Assembly: GCA_038087875.1 (NCBI GenBank)
Contig: CM075993.1
Location: 5,954,001-6,018,000, forward strand
Length of the DNA stretch: 64,000 bases
From: Malacoraja senta
Lineage: Eukaryota
Direction of reading: 5' to 3'
Position 1 is the first letter of the stretch. The number at the start of each line of letters is the position of its first letter. This document shows positions 61,317 through 64,000 of this stretch, one piece after another. A model generated the notes under the pieces. That model did not search any database and was not told the origin of the DNA. It saw only the letters and a list, made by a program, of their open reading frames with translations. A program made the position numbers and the translations under genes.

Positions 61317-61571
61317 CTGCAATAAAACAATGCCCAATTCATAAGTAATCAGACATTTGTTGGACCTTTCGTACATCAATCATATTTGGCTTTTGGCACA
61401 CGAGAGCCTCCACTTCCTACTGGGTACAGATTTTTTTGCTTTCAGAACTAAGGGACTCACGGAACTCACGGATTAAGAGAGGTACAATCAAACTAATACA
61501 AGGCAATATTCAATAGGGAATTAGCATATCATACACCCTGCTGCAAGTACCATTTCAAACATGCAACCTTA

Positions 61572-61798
61572 AGGGCCTGTCCCACTCATGCGATTTTTTC
61601 GGTGACTGCTGGCACCCGTCATAGTCACAACATGTTGAAAATCTAGCGGCGACCAGAAAATGTCGCGGGGTGACGTCTGCATGGTCGTGAGTAGTTGCCA
61701 CTGGATTTTCAACATGTTGAAAATTTTCTCCCACCTGCTGCGACTATGACGGGTGCCGGCAAGTCGCTGAAAAGAAACACGCAAGTGGGACAGGCTCT
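61572..61798. mobile_element. PIF/Harbinger-type MITE
   Basis: Same TIR; TTA TSD. Confidence 0.82.
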
Positions 61799-61968
61799 TT
61801 AGTCATCACGACTTTTTACTGGAGAGAGAAATATTCATGATTCAATTTCTTTCCCAAATTTTGACTCAGCTACAACAAAGGTAGGCATGAAAATGGATAA
61901 ATCTGCCTTCATCAGTCGAATGTTAAACTTATAGCAAAGTAATCACAAAGGACAAATTGTGGCCTTAC

Positions 61969-62115
61969 CCGCTCTTGTTTCTCATGCTCTTTCTCCAATT
62001 TATGTAGCTCCCATTGCTCAGATACATATTCCATAAAATGTTGTCCATTAACCAGAAAATGTGAACATTGCTCCTGTTCCCAGGCATCAATCTGCATTTT
62101 CAACTCTTCTTCCAG
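61969..62115 (-). CDS. PRC1: PRC1 exon (LEEELKMQIDAWEQEQ...EKQER)
   Basis: attttag| ... CGG|gtaagg; 147 nt. Confidence 0.94.
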
Positions 62116-62574
62116 CTAAAATATACAGCAATTTATTAGTACTTTTGCAAGAATATTTAAAATGTGAAACATTAGAAGCAGCTGACACTCCAGAGAAAGG
62201 CAACTGCTTTCAATTCAGTGTTGACTGTTTGAACAGTCCCATTCAAGAAATATTCTATCAGTGACGAGGTACTATAAATTATCAGACACAAGCACAGTTA
62301 TGAAAACACAAAAGGAAAGTTGGCTTATATCCAGGGAACTGGAATACCAAGATCCCATCTGGAGAATGCTATTTGATTGTGGCATTCCAATCTGAAAGGC
62401 ACTTCCTGAAGTTTAGAAAGTTGAGGGCGATCAAATTAAAACATTTGAAATTAAGTTTTAATAGGCTTGAGGTGCTCAGTAAGCTTCACTGATTCACTCA
62501 TTTTAACATGACAACTGTTAAGAAATTGATTCAAAATACTATCTGCTAACACATTATAAATGTTTCAACTCAGC

Positions 62575-63330
62575 AGATTCCACCGGGAGTTGCCTTTGAG
62601 GCAGCCCCGCCTAGTCTGTCTGTCCTTTTCGTCTTTTAAAAAAAATATTTTTTAGTGAGTTTTAAAAGTTTGCATTAATGTTCTCTGGTTTGTTTTATAT
62701 GGGTGGGGGAGGGGGTTGGGAGAAACCTTTTTCCCCCAATCTCTTACCTTGCCAGAGATGCGATTGTTTTCCAGATCGTATCTCCGGTCACTCTGCGGCC
62801 TAACATAGGCTGGAGATCTGCTCGGATCTGATTTTGAGCCCCACTGCGGGGCGTGGACTTACCATCGGATCTGATCCCTTACCTGGGATCGATGCTCCAA
62901 TCGCGACCTGCGGACTTTAACATCAGGAGCTCACAGTCTCGGAAGAGGCCGAGTCGGGAGCTCCAAAAGCTGCACGACATTTGACAAGCCCCGACCCAGG
63001 GTCAGATCGCCCGGCACGGGGAGCTGACATCCCCCCTGATGCAGGAGCTTGATCGCCCCGACGAGGAGGCCAGCCGCCGGCTAAGGGAGTAAGATCGTCC
63101 CGTCAACGGAAGGTTTGAGGCCCCTGACCGTTGGCGGACAAAGAAGGGAGAGATTGAACTTATTTTGCCTTTCATCACAGTGAGGAATGTGGAGGAGTCA
63201 GTGGTGGATGTTTGTTTAAATGTATTTTGTGTGTTCTGTTGCTTTTTATTAGTATGACTAAGGCAAATCAAATTCCTCATATGTTGCAAAACATACTTGG
63301 CTAATAAAGTATGATTATTATGATTATGAT
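62575..63330 (+). mobile_element. Same non-coding retro-element family as 60475-61110
   Basis: Collinear similarity; AATAAA-(ATGATT)n tail. Confidence 0.65.
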
Positions 63331-63501
63331 GACCAAAAGTTATCTCCATTTTACACTAAAGTTTGGATGTCACTTCAGCCACTCCTTGTTTATGTACACA
63401 GATGAATCTCCCGATAACAATAGTAAAGGTGTGCGATGTGATAATTTCAGACTAAATCATAGATTACAATTTGTTCAAGGTAAATGTGCACTATTACATA
63501 C

Positions 63502-63597
63502 TTTGGGCAACATTTTATACAGCTTAGTTCTCTGCTTCTCCTCTTTTAAAAGGTTGCCTCCTCGGTTGGCGAAGCGGTTTGGGTCAGATGCTTTCTT
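63502..63597 (-). CDS. PRC1: PRC1 exon ([32 protein letters not shown])
   Basis: tttacag| ... AAA|gtatgt; 96 nt. Confidence 0.94.
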
Positions 63598-63991
63598 CTG
63601 TAAACAGAATTTTTTTTAAATGTTAATGTTTGTTTCAATTAAATTGCCTTCAACCAGGTTAACTATACAGGGGCTCTTGGGGTTATAGAAGACCTGATTT
63701 ACTGAAATCCGACTTTACACAAGTTGTCCCATTACGTTTAAAGATTTCTAAACTGCAATAATAGTAAAATGGTTCTTTGTTCCATTGCGGGCAATTATTC
63801 AATGCAATAAAGTCACAGTAAGTGCCCGAGTTACACACGGACTGGAGACGCTACATAATCCAGGAACTGCCTCTATATCCAATTCTGATTGCAAGGAACA
63901 ATTGGGGCCTGTAGCTTTCAGAGGGCTGCTCAAGAACCCAACAATAGCGGAATAGCACAATCTAATGAACCACAATTAATTTGTTACTTAC

Positions 63992-64000
63992 CTCAAACCC
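63992..64000 (-). CDS. PRC1: PRC1 exon 3' end (..GFE), truncated by the window edge
   Basis: GGG TTT GAG|gtaagt; matches the ..[11 protein letters not shown] junction. Confidence 0.6.

Larger units (their letters stand above)
54543..64000 (-). other. PRC1: Protein regulator of cytokinesis 1 gene, 3' portion (5' part beyond the right edge)
   Basis: Seven phase-0 exons giving [45 protein letters not shown] and RELSK, all MAP65/Ase1/PRC1 hallmarks. Confidence 0.95.

Overview
Eukaryotic, intron-rich vertebrate DNA. The repeat repertoire (CR1 LINEs with CTATTGT tails, HE1/V-type tRNA-SINEs, Penelope-like palindromes) points to a cartilaginous fish, probably a skate or ray; this is inference. There are two minus-strand genes. 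The first is the 5' two-thirds of stereocilin (STRC): 18 coding exons between 40471 and 893, running off the left edge, with a signal-peptide exon, a GC-AG intron and a 25-nt microexon. The second is the 3' end of PRC1: 6 complete coding exons and one partial exon, 64000-54543. STRC exons between about 25.9 and 31.1 kb carry many 1-bp indels, most likely consensus errors but possibly pseudogenisation. The introns are saturated with CR1, L1, L2 and Rex-like LINE fragments, SINEs and non-autonomous DNA transposons. Almost all ORF-track entries are spurious or repeat-derived. The most notable observations are: (1) a high-copy palindromic Penelope-like repeat carrying a minimal hammerhead-ribozyme core with stem covariation, one copy of which holds a piece of a nearby STRC exon at its centre; (2) eleven PIF/Harbinger-type MITEs with a shared 14-bp TIR and TWA target duplications but about 7 different bodies that share an internal palindromic motif; (3) a long-TIR, 8-bp-TSD MITE of possible P-element type; (4) a candidate POU4F/RFX hair-cell enhancer upstream of STRC. 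A 200-N gap at 8951-9150 hides a contig overlap.
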